Shown piece after piece: positions 48,921-57,804 of a stretch of 64,000 nucleotides of DNA (position 1 is its first letter; the number at the start of each line of letters is the position of its first letter). The stretch is from a virus. The notes under the pieces are model-generated. The model was not told the DNA's origin. It saw nothing but the letters and a program-made list of their open reading frames with translations, and searched no databases. The DNA lies in IMG/VR virus record IMGVR_UViG_3300033997_000310, positions 1 to 64,000 of that record; one strand, given 5' to 3'. The translations under genes were made by a program, and so were the position numbers.

Positions 48921-48997
48921 TGGTAGCAGGGGCCAGATTTGAACTGGCGGTCTCGTGGTTATGAGCCACGCGAGATGGGCCGCTTCTCTACCCTGCT
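48921..48997 (-). tRNA. tRNA-Met(CAU), initiator-like
   Basis: AGCAGGG/CCCTGCT, CGTGG-CT-CAT-AA-CCACG, A11-U24, CCA. Confidence 0.9.
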
Positions 48998-49005
48998 TCA
49001 GACCT

Positions 49006-49075
49006 AAAAGACCGGTCGACGACCTGTCGAGCGCCGACCGGTAAGTTTTAGGGAGGAACGTCCAAAGACGCTACG
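49006..49075 (-). ncRNA. alpha-r8 (suhB/MmgR)-like sRNA
   Basis: 5' hairpin CGTC-TTTG-GACG, then TTCCTCCCTAAAACTT, then terminator ACCGGTCG/CGACCGGT + TTTT. Confidence 0.7.
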
Positions 49076-49081
49076 CAACGG

Positions 49082-49110
49082 AAGGTATGAAATGACCACA
49101 TAAAGCGCAA
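49082..49110 (-). promoter_or_regulatory. Promoter of the sRNA/tRNA/ncRNA cluster with operator
   Basis: TTGCGC-17-TACCTT; ATGAAATGACCACAT 49087-49101. Confidence 0.65.
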
Positions 49111-49413
49111 GGATAAAAATTCATCACGGCGCGATTTTTTGGGATGGACGCTCGAGGCCGGCTGTGATCGCGGATTTCTTGCCGCCGCTCACGCCATGCG
49201 CACAACCTTCCCGTAATGAACAAAGTCAATATAGCCGAACGTCAACAAAATCGAGTTGTAATTGGCGAAATTTGCACTAGAGTTTGCGTGAGTTCCGAGT
49301 CGCGCCCAACTTGCGGCAAGGATAATGATAAATACTCATGACGCTTTCGGGGTGGCCCCGGCGTCAATTCAGGCTCCGGCAGGGCCGGCGCTCAACCGAA
49401 CCAGAGGTTCCTG

Positions 49414-50325
49414 ATGCTCGCTCCCAACACCACGATCTCGAAGACCAATGCTCTGCGCCACGGGGTGGCTCGGATGGCCCTGGTCACTGGCAATCCTCAC
49501 TTGCGCGCTGCGTTCTTCGATGGTGGCGACGGTGGGGAGGGCGACAAGAAGGCCGATCCGACGAACGATCCGGTCGTCCAGGCACTGATCGCCAAGGCCG
49601 TCGAGGATGCGACGAAGGGTCTGAAGGGCAGCAAGGAAGAAATCCTCACCGAGAAGAAGCAGCTCAAGAGCGAATATGATCGCATCATGGGGCTGGTCGG
49701 CGGTGATGACGGCCTGAAGCGCCTGGAGGACCTGCGCAAGAAGGCCGAGCAGGATGAAGAGTCCAAGCTGATCGCCGACGGCAAGGTTGATCTGGTCATT
49801 GAGCGCCGCACGAACGGCATGCGCGAGAAGCATGGGCAGCAAATCCAGCAACTCGAAAAGCGCGTGAAGGACGTGGAGGCCGAGCGTGACCAGGCCGTCC
49901 AGAAGCTGATTGGCTACAAGACGAACCAGCAGTTGCTGGTGGGTGCGGACGAGGCCGGCGTGAAGCCCGAATATCGGGCAGCGCTGATCTCGCTGGTTCG
50001 CGACCGCGTCAAGCTGGCCGACGAGGGCGGGTCCGATGTTTTCGAGGTCTATGGCGAAGACGGCATCAAGGCGTACAGCCCGAACAACAGCGCCAAGCCG
50101 ATGAGCGTCACCGAGTTGTTCGACAGCCTGCGCGACAAGATGAAGGACGCCTTCCATCCGTCAAGCGGTGGCGGTGCTGGCGGCGGGAGCAAGGCTGCTG
50201 TTGATGGTGCCAAGAACCCGTGGATAAAGGGCCAGCATTTCAATCTCTCTGAGCAGGCTCGCATCATCAAGCAAGACCCGGCGGCGGCAAATCGCCTGAA
50301 GGCAGAAGCCGGCATCCGGGGCTGA
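49414..50325 (+). CDS. Capsid scaffolding protein
   Basis: Coiled coil, SSGGGAGG linker, NPW...FNLSEQARI C-terminus; upstream of MCP; start uncertain. Confidence 0.85.
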   Translation: MLAPNTTISKTNALRHGVARMALVTGNPHLRAAFFDGGDGGEGDKKADPTNDPVVQALIAKAVEDATKGLKGSKEEILTEKKQLKSEYDRIMGLVGGDDGLKRLEDLRKKAEQDEESKLIADGKVDLVIERRTNGMREKHGQQIQQLEKRVKDVEAERDQAVQKLIGYKTNQQLLVGADEAGVKPEYRAALISLVRDRVKLADEGGSDVFEVYGEDGIKAYSPNNSAKPMSVTELFDSLRDKMKDAFHPSSGGGAGGGSKAAVDGAKNPWIKGQHFNLSEQARIIKQDPAAANRLKAEAGIRG

Positions 50326-50425
50326 GTTTCGAGGGTCGCGGGGCGGCTCTCATCAAGACCACCAATTCCGGTCCCCTGGGGGGTCCGGGCAGTAGCAACC
50401 CAAAACCCCCTTTGTGGAGACCAAG

Positions 50426-51412
50426 ATGTCCGTCACGCGCATCTCGGACGTGATCGTCCCGGAAGTGTTCACCCCGTACATGATCGAGCGCACCGCCGAG
50501 CTGTCCGCCCTGTGGCAGTCCGGTATCGTCGATCCCAACCCCGAGTTCACCTCCCTGGCCCAGGGCGGCGGCAATGACGTCAATCTTCCTTTCTGGAAGG
50601 ATCTGACCGGCGACTCCGAATCGGACGATGACGATCCGTCGAACCCGGCCAACCCCGCCAACATCGGCTCCAGCTCCGAAGTCGCCCGCAAGCACTTCAA
50701 GCGCAAGGCCTGGGGTAGCGCCGACCTGGCTGCGTCGCTGGCCGGCGATGATCCGATGCGCGCCATCGCTGATTTCGTGGCCGAATGGTGGACGCGCGAC
50801 ATGCAGCGCAACGCCCTGCTGCCCGCCCTGACCGGTATCTTCGCCGGCCCGCTGGCCAGCACCCATGTGCTGACCAAGGCGACGGAAGACGCCAATACGG
50901 CGCCGGACAGCGCCTTCATCGGCAGCGACAACGTGATCGACTGCGCCAACCTGCTGGGCGACCATTGGGAGCGCGTGACCACCCTGGTCATGCACTCCAA
51001 GCCGTTCTCGCGCCTGCAGAAGCTGAAGCTGATCGAGTATGTTCCGCTGTCTGAGCAGAACATCCAGGTTCCGTTCTTCCTTGGCCGCCGCGTGATCGTC
51101 GATGACGGCTGCCCGGCCGTGAATGGCAGCGCCAGCGGCAAGAAGTACACGACCTACCTGTTTGGCGCGGGAACCATCGCCTATGGCGAGGGCACGCCGA
51201 AGGTGCCGACCGAGACCGACCGCGACTCCCTGGCCGGTATCGATTATCTGGTCACCCGTCGTCACTTCTTCCTGCATCCGCGCGGCCTGAAGTGGGTCGG
51301 CGCCGTCGCCGGCAAGACCCCGACCAATGCCGAGCTGGAATCCGGTTCGTCCTGGAGCCTCGTCTACGAGGCCAAGAACGTGCCGATCCTCAAGCTGGTC
51401 ACCAACGGCTAA
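50426..51412 (+). CDS. Major capsid protein
   Basis: TRISDVIVPEVF, NLPFWKDL, DPMRAI, MHSKPF, VIVDDG, HPRG. Confidence 0.92.
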   Translation: MSVTRISDVIVPEVFTPYMIERTAELSALWQSGIVDPNPEFTSLAQGGGNDVNLPFWKDLTGDSESDDDDPSNPANPANIGSSSEVARKHFKRKAWGSADLAASLAGDDPMRAIADFVAEWWTRDMQRNALLPALTGIFAGPLASTHVLTKATEDANTAPDSAFIGSDNVIDCANLLGDHWERVTTLVMHSKPFSRLQKLKLIEYVPLSEQNIQVPFFLGRRVIVDDGCPAVNGSASGKKYTTYLFGAGTIAYGEGTPKVPTETDRDSLAGIDYLVTRRHFFLHPRGLKWVGAVAGKTPTNAELESGSSWSLVYEAKNVPILKLVTNG

Positions 51413-51418
51413 GGGCCT

Positions 51419-51442
51419 GACGGCTCGCTTCGGCGGGCCGTC
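51419..51442 (+). terminator. UUCG hairpin after MCP
   Basis: GACGGCTCGC-TTCG-GCGGGCCGTC; weak T tail. Confidence 0.5.
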
Positions 51443-51469
51443 TCCTTATCGGCACAAGGAAGTCTCGCC

Positions 51470-52012
51470 ATGACGTACCGCAACAAGACCCTGTCCGAGC
51501 GCCAGCTTGCCAATATCGAGCTGCTGACGGACTCCTCCGGTGGCACCGAGGTGACTGAAATCACCTCCAAGGTCGGCATTTATGTCGTGCCGCTGTTCAT
51601 CAACCTTGCCGAAGTTACCGGCAACGGCGACGTACTGACGACATACACGCCTGGACACAAGTTCAAGATCCTGGCCGTGGACTTTGCCGTTGCAAAGGCC
51701 GTCACCACCGCCTCCAAGCGCGCCGACTTCAATCTGGAGATCGGCACGACGAACGTGACCGGTGGTGTCGTCAGCGTCACCAGCGCCGCTGCAACGCCGA
51801 TGGGCAAGGTCATCGCCGGCACGGCGGTCACTGCCGCCAACACCGGCAGCGCCACCGATACGATCTCGGTCGAATCGGCCAGCGTCACCGCGCACGCTGA
51901 AGGCAATGGCTGGATCCTGATCAAGCTCCAGAACATGGACACGGTCGATGCCGTCGCTGCGCTGTGCGGCAAGCTGAACGACGTGATCTACGGCGCGCAG
52001 AAGACGGCGTAA
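51470..52012 (+). CDS. Probable head decoration/virion protein
   Basis: Thr/Val-rich beta protein right after MCP. Confidence 0.55.
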   Translation: MTYRNKTLSERQLANIELLTDSSGGTEVTEITSKVGIYVVPLFINLAEVTGNGDVLTTYTPGHKFKILAVDFAVAKAVTTASKRADFNLEIGTTNVTGGVVSVTSAAATPMGKVIAGTAVTAANTGSATDTISVESASVTAHAEGNGWILIKLQNMDTVDAVAALCGKLNDVIYGAQKTA

Positions 52013-52048
52013 CCCACGCCTCCACCTCTTTCAGAAGGATACCGGGCC

Positions 52049-52456
52049 ATGGCCCTCGAAACCGAAGCCTCCCTCACCCAGGACATGCCCTACACCAACG
52101 GCGCCCACGAGCGGGCCCTGGTGCAGTTGGCGGGGTACGAGGATGTCACCGCGACCACGACCACCCAGGCGCTGCGTGTCGATATCTATCAGACGCGCAT
52201 CACCGCTGCTGCCGTGTCCAGCGTCGCCACGCTGCCCGCCGGCACGTTCCCCGGCCAGCGCAAGGTCGTGACCATGCCGGCCCGCGCCGGCAGCGTCACA
52301 TTTATCCTGACCCCGAGCGTTGGTGTGACCTGGAAGCAGGCGAACGGCACCGACGACAGCGCCAGCGTCACCTTCGACGCTGCCGGTGAGTATCTGGTGG
52401 TGCTGTGGGATGGCGCTAAGTGGGTGAACCAGTCCACCAACGCCACCGTCGCCTGA
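52049..52456 (+). CDS. Probable virion protein
   Basis: ATLPAG..GQ...L.WDG..W beta module; position in head block. Confidence 0.55.
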   Translation: MALETEASLTQDMPYTNGAHERALVQLAGYEDVTATTTTQALRVDIYQTRITAAAVSSVATLPAGTFPGQRKVVTMPARAGSVTFILTPSVGVTWKQANGTDDSASVTFDAAGEYLVVLWDGAKWVNQSTNATVA

Positions 52457-52516
52457 CCCTGAACAAGGGGCGCCACCCCAACATGGCGCCCCTGAATCCC
52501 AACGGAGCGGAAAGCC

Positions 52517-52882
52517 ATGTCTGCCACCGGCCATAACTATCGCCGCATCATGCTCATGCGTCGTGCGGAGCAGGAGCGCCAGCGCTTGGCGCAGGAAGCT
52601 GCCGCTGCCCAGGAAACGGAGGCGAGCGACGAAGGTGCCGGCGCTCAAGGCATTCCATTGGAGGGCGCTGATCCAGGCGTGATCCCCTCTGCGCCCGTAC
52701 AAAACAGCGGCGAGATTCAGGCCGCCGATGCTCCGCCATCCGTCAACTACGCCGAGTTCACGAAGGTCGAACTGAAGAAGATGGCAGACGAGCGCTTTGG
52801 CCTGAAGCTGGAGCCGGCGATGTCGAAGGGCGACATGATCGCCGCCATTGAGGCCGCGGCCTCGAAGTCTGAAGGCAACTGA
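52517..52882 (+). CDS. HeH/Rho-N-like domain protein
   Basis: TKVELKKMA..G......SKGDMIAAI. Confidence 0.6.
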   Translation: MSATGHNYRRIMLMRRAEQERQRLAQEAAAAQETEASDEGAGAQGIPLEGADPGVIPSAPVQNSGEIQAADAPPSVNYAEFTKVELKKMADERFGLKLEPAMSKGDMIAAIEAAASKSEGN

Positions 52883-52884
52883 TC

Positions 52885-53184
52885 ATGCCTACCGCCTACA
52901 TCGAGGAATTCGATGCCGCCTACCGGGTGAATGGGGACGTCATTCCGACCGTCCCCGGCACCCTCATGGCCAAGCAGAAGGTCGCCATCGCCGGCACGTC
53001 TGCACAGTCATCCGCGCTGGCCGCCGGCACGCGCATCGTGCATCTGTGCGCCGATACCGATTGCCTGTTCCTGGTGGGCGCCAACCCGACCGCAGACGCC
53101 AACAGCCGCTATCTGCCGGCCAAGGTTCCGCGCCTGATCTCCGTCGCTGGCGGCGAGAAGATCGCCGTTATCAGCATCTCGTAA
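52885..53184 (+). CDS. Hypothetical virion protein
   Basis: GANPTA...YLPA...GEKIAVI. Confidence 0.55.
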   Translation: MPTAYIEEFDAAYRVNGDVIPTVPGTLMAKQKVAIAGTSAQSSALAAGTRIVHLCADTDCLFLVGANPTADANSRYLPAKVPRLISVAGGEKIAVISIS

Positions 53185-53198
53185 CCTGGGAGGCCAGC

Positions 53199-53708
53199 GT
53201 GGCGTTCACCGCGGAAGACGGCACCGGAGTCACGGGAAGCAATTCCCTCGTGAGCGTTTCCGCTGCCGACACGTACTTCAGCGACCGGAACAACACGACT
53301 TGGGCCGCCAAGACGACGGCGCAGAAGCAGGCTGCACTTCTCGAAGGCACCGCCTACCTTGAAGGCACCTATGTCGGCCAATGGCCTGGCACGATCCTGA
53401 AAGAGACCCAGGGACTCTCCTGGCCGCGTGAATACGCCTATGACCGCGACCGCCGCGAACTGACCGGCGTCCCTGTTGATGTGCAGGCGGCTGTGTGCGA
53501 GTTGGCGTTCCAGTCCTTCTCCGGTGCGCTCGCACCCTCCACCAACGGCGCCAAGCGCGTGAAGCGCATCAAGGGCGGTTCGGCTGAGATCGAGTACGAG
53601 ACCAGCAGGGGCGGCACGGCCCGCGAATATCCGTTCGTGACGCGGCTGCTGTCGCGCATCCTGTCCGGTCCCGGCGGCACCTACAACATCGCGCTGCGGA
53701 GGGTCTGA
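53199..53708 (+). CDS. Head-tail adaptor (DnaT-like family)
   Basis: EDGTG...NS.VS..AD.YF..R, QGLSWPR, VP.DV.AA.CELA; GGAGG + GTG. Confidence 0.85.
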   Translation: MAFTAEDGTGVTGSNSLVSVSAADTYFSDRNNTTWAAKTTAQKQAALLEGTAYLEGTYVGQWPGTILKETQGLSWPREYAYDRDRRELTGVPVDVQAAVCELAFQSFSGALAPSTNGAKRVKRIKGGSAEIEYETSRGGTAREYPFVTRLLSRILSGPGGTYNIALRRV

Positions 53709-54097
53709 TGGGCTTGCTTGCTGACTTCTCCGACGGCATGGCCGAACTGTTCACCGCGCTGGAAGACCTGGCATTCGTCGGCACGGTCACGCGCACGGTC
53801 CCTGGCACCTATGACCCGGACACCGGCCCGACCAGCACCACACTGACGTCGTCGTGCAAGATCGTCTTCGATACCAAGCCGGACACGAACGACACTCGCC
53901 TCGTTGGCCTGGAGATCCTTCCGACCGACGAAAAAATGCTGCTGCAGGGCCTGACCTTCAAGCCGAACGAAGGCGATACCGTCACCATCACGGCGCGCGG
54001 TGACGGCACCTCAGTCAGTGACCAGCCGGTGCGGCGCATCATCTTCGTCGATGACGTCATTCAGAGCGGCGCGCTCTATTCCGTGGTGGGGCGCTGA
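53708..54097 (+). CDS. Head closure protein
   Basis: GTYDPDTG motif; position after adaptor. Confidence 0.7.
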   Translation: MGLLADFSDGMAELFTALEDLAFVGTVTRTVPGTYDPDTGPTSTTLTSSCKIVFDTKPDTNDTRLVGLEILPTDEKMLLQGLTFKPNEGDTVTITARGDGTSVSDQPVRRIIFVDDVIQSGALYSVVGR

Positions 54098-54558
54098 TGC
54101 CGGGACTGGACTTCGCATATCGCCTCGGATGGAAGGCCTACATCACCCTGGTCTGGGAAATCGTCTGGGACCGGTTCTGCTTCATGTGGTGGCGTACCGA
54201 GACGAGGTCGGCAGAAATCGTGTTCGGGTCCGTCGCCGCGCTATGGGCTGCCCTACTGTTTCACGCGGATACCGCGTCCGCCAAGCATCTGTCGTCCTAT
54301 CTGGAGACCATCGCACCGGCCGGCGTCTGGCAATGGCTGCTGTTTGTCCTGGGTGGTGCGCAGTGCGCCATCGCCTGGTTCAAGCAGCGCTCGCTGATTC
54401 CGCTGCGGCTGTTGATCTGGATGGCCAGCTTCGCGACGTGGTCCTACGTCATGCTCATCAGCTTCCTCGCTGTACCGCCAGCGCTGATTACTGCTGCCGT
54501 CGCTGCTGTGCTGGTCTTCGGCTCTTTCTGGGCTGTCACTCGAACGGGGCGTGGGTGA
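54097..54558 (+). CDS. 4-TM membrane protein (holin-like?)
   Basis: Four hydrophobic segments. Confidence 0.55.
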   Translation: MPGLDFAYRLGWKAYITLVWEIVWDRFCFMWWRTETRSAEIVFGSVAALWAALLFHADTASAKHLSSYLETIAPAGVWQWLLFVLGGAQCAIAWFKQRSLIPLRLLIWMASFATWSYVMLISFLAVPPALITAAVAAVLVFGSFWAVTRTGRG

Positions 54559-54561
54559 TGC

Positions 54562-54900
54562 ATGGAAATCCTGTCGCTCTTTCAGAAGCTCGGCCCGGAA
54601 TGGCTCACCGGCGGCCTGTTCGCGGGCGTGGCCATCTTCGCCCTGGTGCTGCAACTGAAGCGCATGAGGCAGGACGACAGCCGGAACGACGCAGAGGTGC
54701 AGTTTCGGGGCGACCTGTTCAAGCAAATCGCGGAGCAACGGGCGGAAATCAAGGAACTGAAGGAGCGCGCCGATCGGTTCGCAGACGAGCGCAACAAGGC
54801 CTTGCTGGCCGCGGCCGCCATGGAAGCATCCAACAAGGAACTGGCGGCACAGGTCGGCGGCTTGCAGGCGCTGCACGACATCCGGCGGGGAGATAAGTGA
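54562..54900 (+). CDS. Single-TM + coiled-coil protein (holin/antiholin-like?)
   Basis: N-terminal TM then heptad repeats. Confidence 0.55.
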   Translation: MEILSLFQKLGPEWLTGGLFAGVAIFALVLQLKRMRQDDSRNDAEVQFRGDLFKQIAEQRAEIKELKERADRFADERNKALLAAAAMEASNKELAAQVGGLQALHDIRRGDK

Positions 54901-55307
54901 TGCCGTCCGGTACTTTCGCGCTTGATGTATCTCGCTGGGTCGCCAAGGCCAATGGCAACACCGATCTGGTGTTGCGCAAGATCACTTTGGACTTGACGCG
55001 GTCGGTCGTGATGAAAACGCCTGTCGACACCGGCCGTGCCAGAGGTGCGTGGTCCGTGTCCATCGCGACCATTCCGCCATATGAGGTTAAGCCGGAAGAC
55101 AAGAGCGGCGGCAACGTGCTGAGCAAGGCTGCCGGCACAATCAACAGCGAGGTGAAGGCTGGCCAGGTCATTTACCTCACCAACACGCTGCCGTACATCC
55201 TGCGCCTTGAGGAAGGCTACTCAAAGCAGGCCCCGGCCGGCATGGTTGGGCTCACGCTGCGTGAATGGCCCGGCATCGTCCGCACCAGCACGGCGGGGCT
55301 GCCATGA
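54900..55307 (+). CDS. Neck protein (HK97 gp10-like)
   Basis: TPVDTGRAR, PYILRLEEGYSKQAPAGMV. Confidence 0.9.
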   Translation: MPSGTFALDVSRWVAKANGNTDLVLRKITLDLTRSVVMKTPVDTGRARGAWSVSIATIPPYEVKPEDKSGGNVLSKAAGTINSEVKAGQVIYLTNTLPYILRLEEGYSKQAPAGMVGLTLREWPGIVRTSTAGLP

Positions 55308-55735
55308 CCGCGCTTCGCATCGCATCCGCCATGGAAAAGCGCCTCAAGAGCCTATCGCCCGCACTGCCGACGAAGTGGGAGGGCGCGCAATACACAGCGA
55401 CCGCAGGCACCGCATGGCAGCGCGCCACCGTGATGTTCTCCGACACGCGGGCCTTGGGTGTGTTCGGCGAAGCGCCTGAGGAATGGACCGGGTATCTGCA
55501 CATCTCGCTCAACTACCCGAACGGGCAGGGCGCACAGCCGGCGCGCACGCGTGCAACGCTTCTCTGCGGAGACCGGGACAATGGCGTTCAAGGCCACTTC
55601 TATCGCGGTCAAGTGCTGATTGAGGGCAACACCAAGGTCACGATCTATCAGCCGATCATCAAGACGGGCGATGACTCTGACCCGCTCTGGTACTCGCTGC
55701 CCGTACACATCCCTTTCCTCGCTCACACGATCTGA
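55304..55735 (+). CDS. Tail terminator protein
   Basis: G...I...YP.G.G, F.RG, W..PV.IPF; position. Confidence 0.75.
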   Translation: MTALRIASAMEKRLKSLSPALPTKWEGAQYTATAGTAWQRATVMFSDTRALGVFGEAPEEWTGYLHISLNYPNGQGAQPARTRATLLCGDRDNGVQGHFYRGQVLIEGNTKVTIYQPIIKTGDDSDPLWYSLPVHIPFLAHTI

Positions 55736-55747
55736 CGGAAGGAAATC

Positions 55748-56041
55748 ATGGCCACCAAGCGCAAGCCCGTCGAGCCCGCCACCGAGATCGTCGCGCCGCC
55801 CGCCGATGTCAACATCGTCGTGAGCGCACTGAACGCTCTGTCCGAAGCGGCATCCTCCGGCAGTGCATGGACACCAGATGTAGCATCGCTGTATCAAGAT
55901 GCGGTGCAACTTGCGCAGAAGCAGGCGAAGGCGCTGGAGCGTATCGCAGGTTTCGAATTTGCATCCGACGCGCCACCGGGCCCAGCCCACGCTGCGTTGA
56001 ATGCAGTCCGCAAGATCGCCAGCGACGCCCTGGGGGCGTAA
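55748..56041 (+). CDS. Hypothetical protein
   Basis: AAGGA RBS. Confidence 0.55.
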   Translation: MATKRKPVEPATEIVAPPADVNIVVSALNALSEAASSGSAWTPDVASLYQDAVQLAQKQAKALERIAGFEFASDAPPGPAHAALNAVRKIASDALGA

Positions 56042-56108
56042 CGGCAACCCAACCCGCCGGTGGCAGGGCCATCGGCAGCCAACACCCCCAATCTGAAGGA
56101 CGTTCGCC

Positions 56109-57320
56109 ATGACGATCGCAAAGGGCATTGCCAAGCAGCTCATCTACAAGAAGGAAACCACGTTCGGCACGCTGGCCGGCGCGTCCAGTGCGCAGCGCCT
56201 GCGCCGCACGGAATCGACGCTGAACCTGCAGAAGGACACCTACCAGTCGGCCGAAATCCGCAGCGATTATCAGATCGCCGATTTCCGCCACGGTGTGCGT
56301 CGCGTCGCCGGCAACGTGAATGGCGAGTTGAGCCTGGGGACCTATAAGGACTTCATCGCCCATGTCCTGCGCCAGGATTGGGTGGCCGGTGTCTCCAAGA
56401 CCAACAGCGATTTCACCAGCGTGACCAGCGACAGCGGCACGAAGACCTTCACTTTCGCCAGCGGCAACCCCATCACCGAGGGCTTCCGCGTGGGCGACGT
56501 GATCCGGTGGACGGGGCTGGCGGCGACCGCCAACAACAGCCGCAACATGCGGATCACCGCGCTGACCAGCACGGCCATCACCGTGGCCGAAAGCATCACG
56601 ACCGATGCCAGCCCGGACAGCAGCTTCACGGTTGCGGTGGTCGGCAGCAAGGTCATGGTGCCTTCGACCGGCCACACCGACACCAGCTTCACGTTCGAGC
56701 ATTACTTCTCTGACCTGGACAAGACCGAGGTCTTCACGGGCGTCAAGGTCAACACCATGGAGATCGGCCTGCCGGCAACCGGCATGGCGACCATCAACAT
56801 GGCGATGATGGGCCAGAACCGCACGCTGGATCCCAATGGTGACGGCTCCGCGCCGTACTTCACCAGCCCGACCTCCGAAACGACCACGGCTATCCTGGCA
56901 GCGGTTAGCGGCGTGCTGCGTGTCAACGGCGCCGACAACGCCGTCGTGACCGGCATCACCATCAACATCTCTGGCAACATCACGGGCGATCCGGTGGTCG
57001 GCTCCAACCTGATCCCGAACATGTTCACCGGTCGCGTGAACGTCACCGGCAGCTTCACCGCCTATTTCGATGGGCAGTCGCTGGACGAGGCTTTCGACGA
57101 CGAGTCCGAGGTCTCGCTGCACTTCATGCTGACCACCGCCGATGGCGAGCCGAAGCCGTTCCTGGCTGTACATCTGCCGCGAATCAAGTTGGGCGGAAAC
57201 GACAAGAACGACGGTGAGGGCGGCCTGATCCAGACCATCCCGTTCCAGGCGCTTCTGAAGCCGACGACGAGCGGTTTCGACTCTTCAACGATAATTTTCC
57301 AGGACAGCAGCGTGTCCTAA
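56109..57320 (+). CDS. Major tail tube protein
   Basis: KKETTFG, SAEIRSDYQIADFRHG, VTGSFTAYF; insertion domain. Confidence 0.9.
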   Translation: MTIAKGIAKQLIYKKETTFGTLAGASSAQRLRRTESTLNLQKDTYQSAEIRSDYQIADFRHGVRRVAGNVNGELSLGTYKDFIAHVLRQDWVAGVSKTNSDFTSVTSDSGTKTFTFASGNPITEGFRVGDVIRWTGLAATANNSRNMRITALTSTAITVAESITTDASPDSSFTVAVVGSKVMVPSTGHTDTSFTFEHYFSDLDKTEVFTGVKVNTMEIGLPATGMATINMAMMGQNRTLDPNGDGSAPYFTSPTSETTTAILAAVSGVLRVNGADNAVVTGITINISGNITGDPVVGSNLIPNMFTGRVNVTGSFTAYFDGQSLDEAFDDESEVSLHFMLTTADGEPKPFLAVHLPRIKLGGNDKNDGEGGLIQTIPFQALLKPTTSGFDSSTIIFQDSSVS

Positions 57321-57417
57321 CCGAGATGCCGGCCCCAACCCGGCATGAGTGTCTGCGCAGACTTGGGGGCGGGGAGTTGGGCCCCGCCCCCTTCAACCCA
57401 CCCAACGGGAAATCATC

Positions 57418-57804
57418 ATGGCCTTCGACATTTCCGCTGCCAAGCAGCTCGACACCGCTGAATACACCGTCATCCACCCGGCGACGAAGGATGAGACGGA
57501 ATGGAAGATCACTTTCGCCGGCCCGAGCCATCCCAAGGCCGTCTCGCAGCGCAACGCCATGCTCCGCAAGGGCCTGGTGCGCAGCAAGAACGGCGGGCGC
57601 GATCTGAAGCCGAACGTGGTCGATGAGGAAGCCGTCGACTTCATCGTCGATCGCATCATCGGCTGGACCGGCGCGTCGCAGGAGTTCGAAGAGGAATACG
57701 CCAAGTCGCTGCTGATGAAGCCGGAATATAGCTGGCTGCGTGGCCAGTTGAACGTGTTCCTGAACGACGACGCGTCTTTTATCGGCAGCTCCGCGACGAA
57801 CTGA
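57418..57804 (+). CDS. Tail assembly chaperone (G)
   Basis: IIGWTG...WLRGQL...SF; lies between tube and TMP. Confidence 0.85.
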   Translation: MAFDISAAKQLDTAEYTVIHPATKDETEWKITFAGPSHPKAVSQRNAMLRKGLVRSKNGGRDLKPNVVDEEAVDFIVDRIIGWTGASQEFEEEYAKSLLMKPEYSWLRGQLNVFLNDDASFIGSSATN

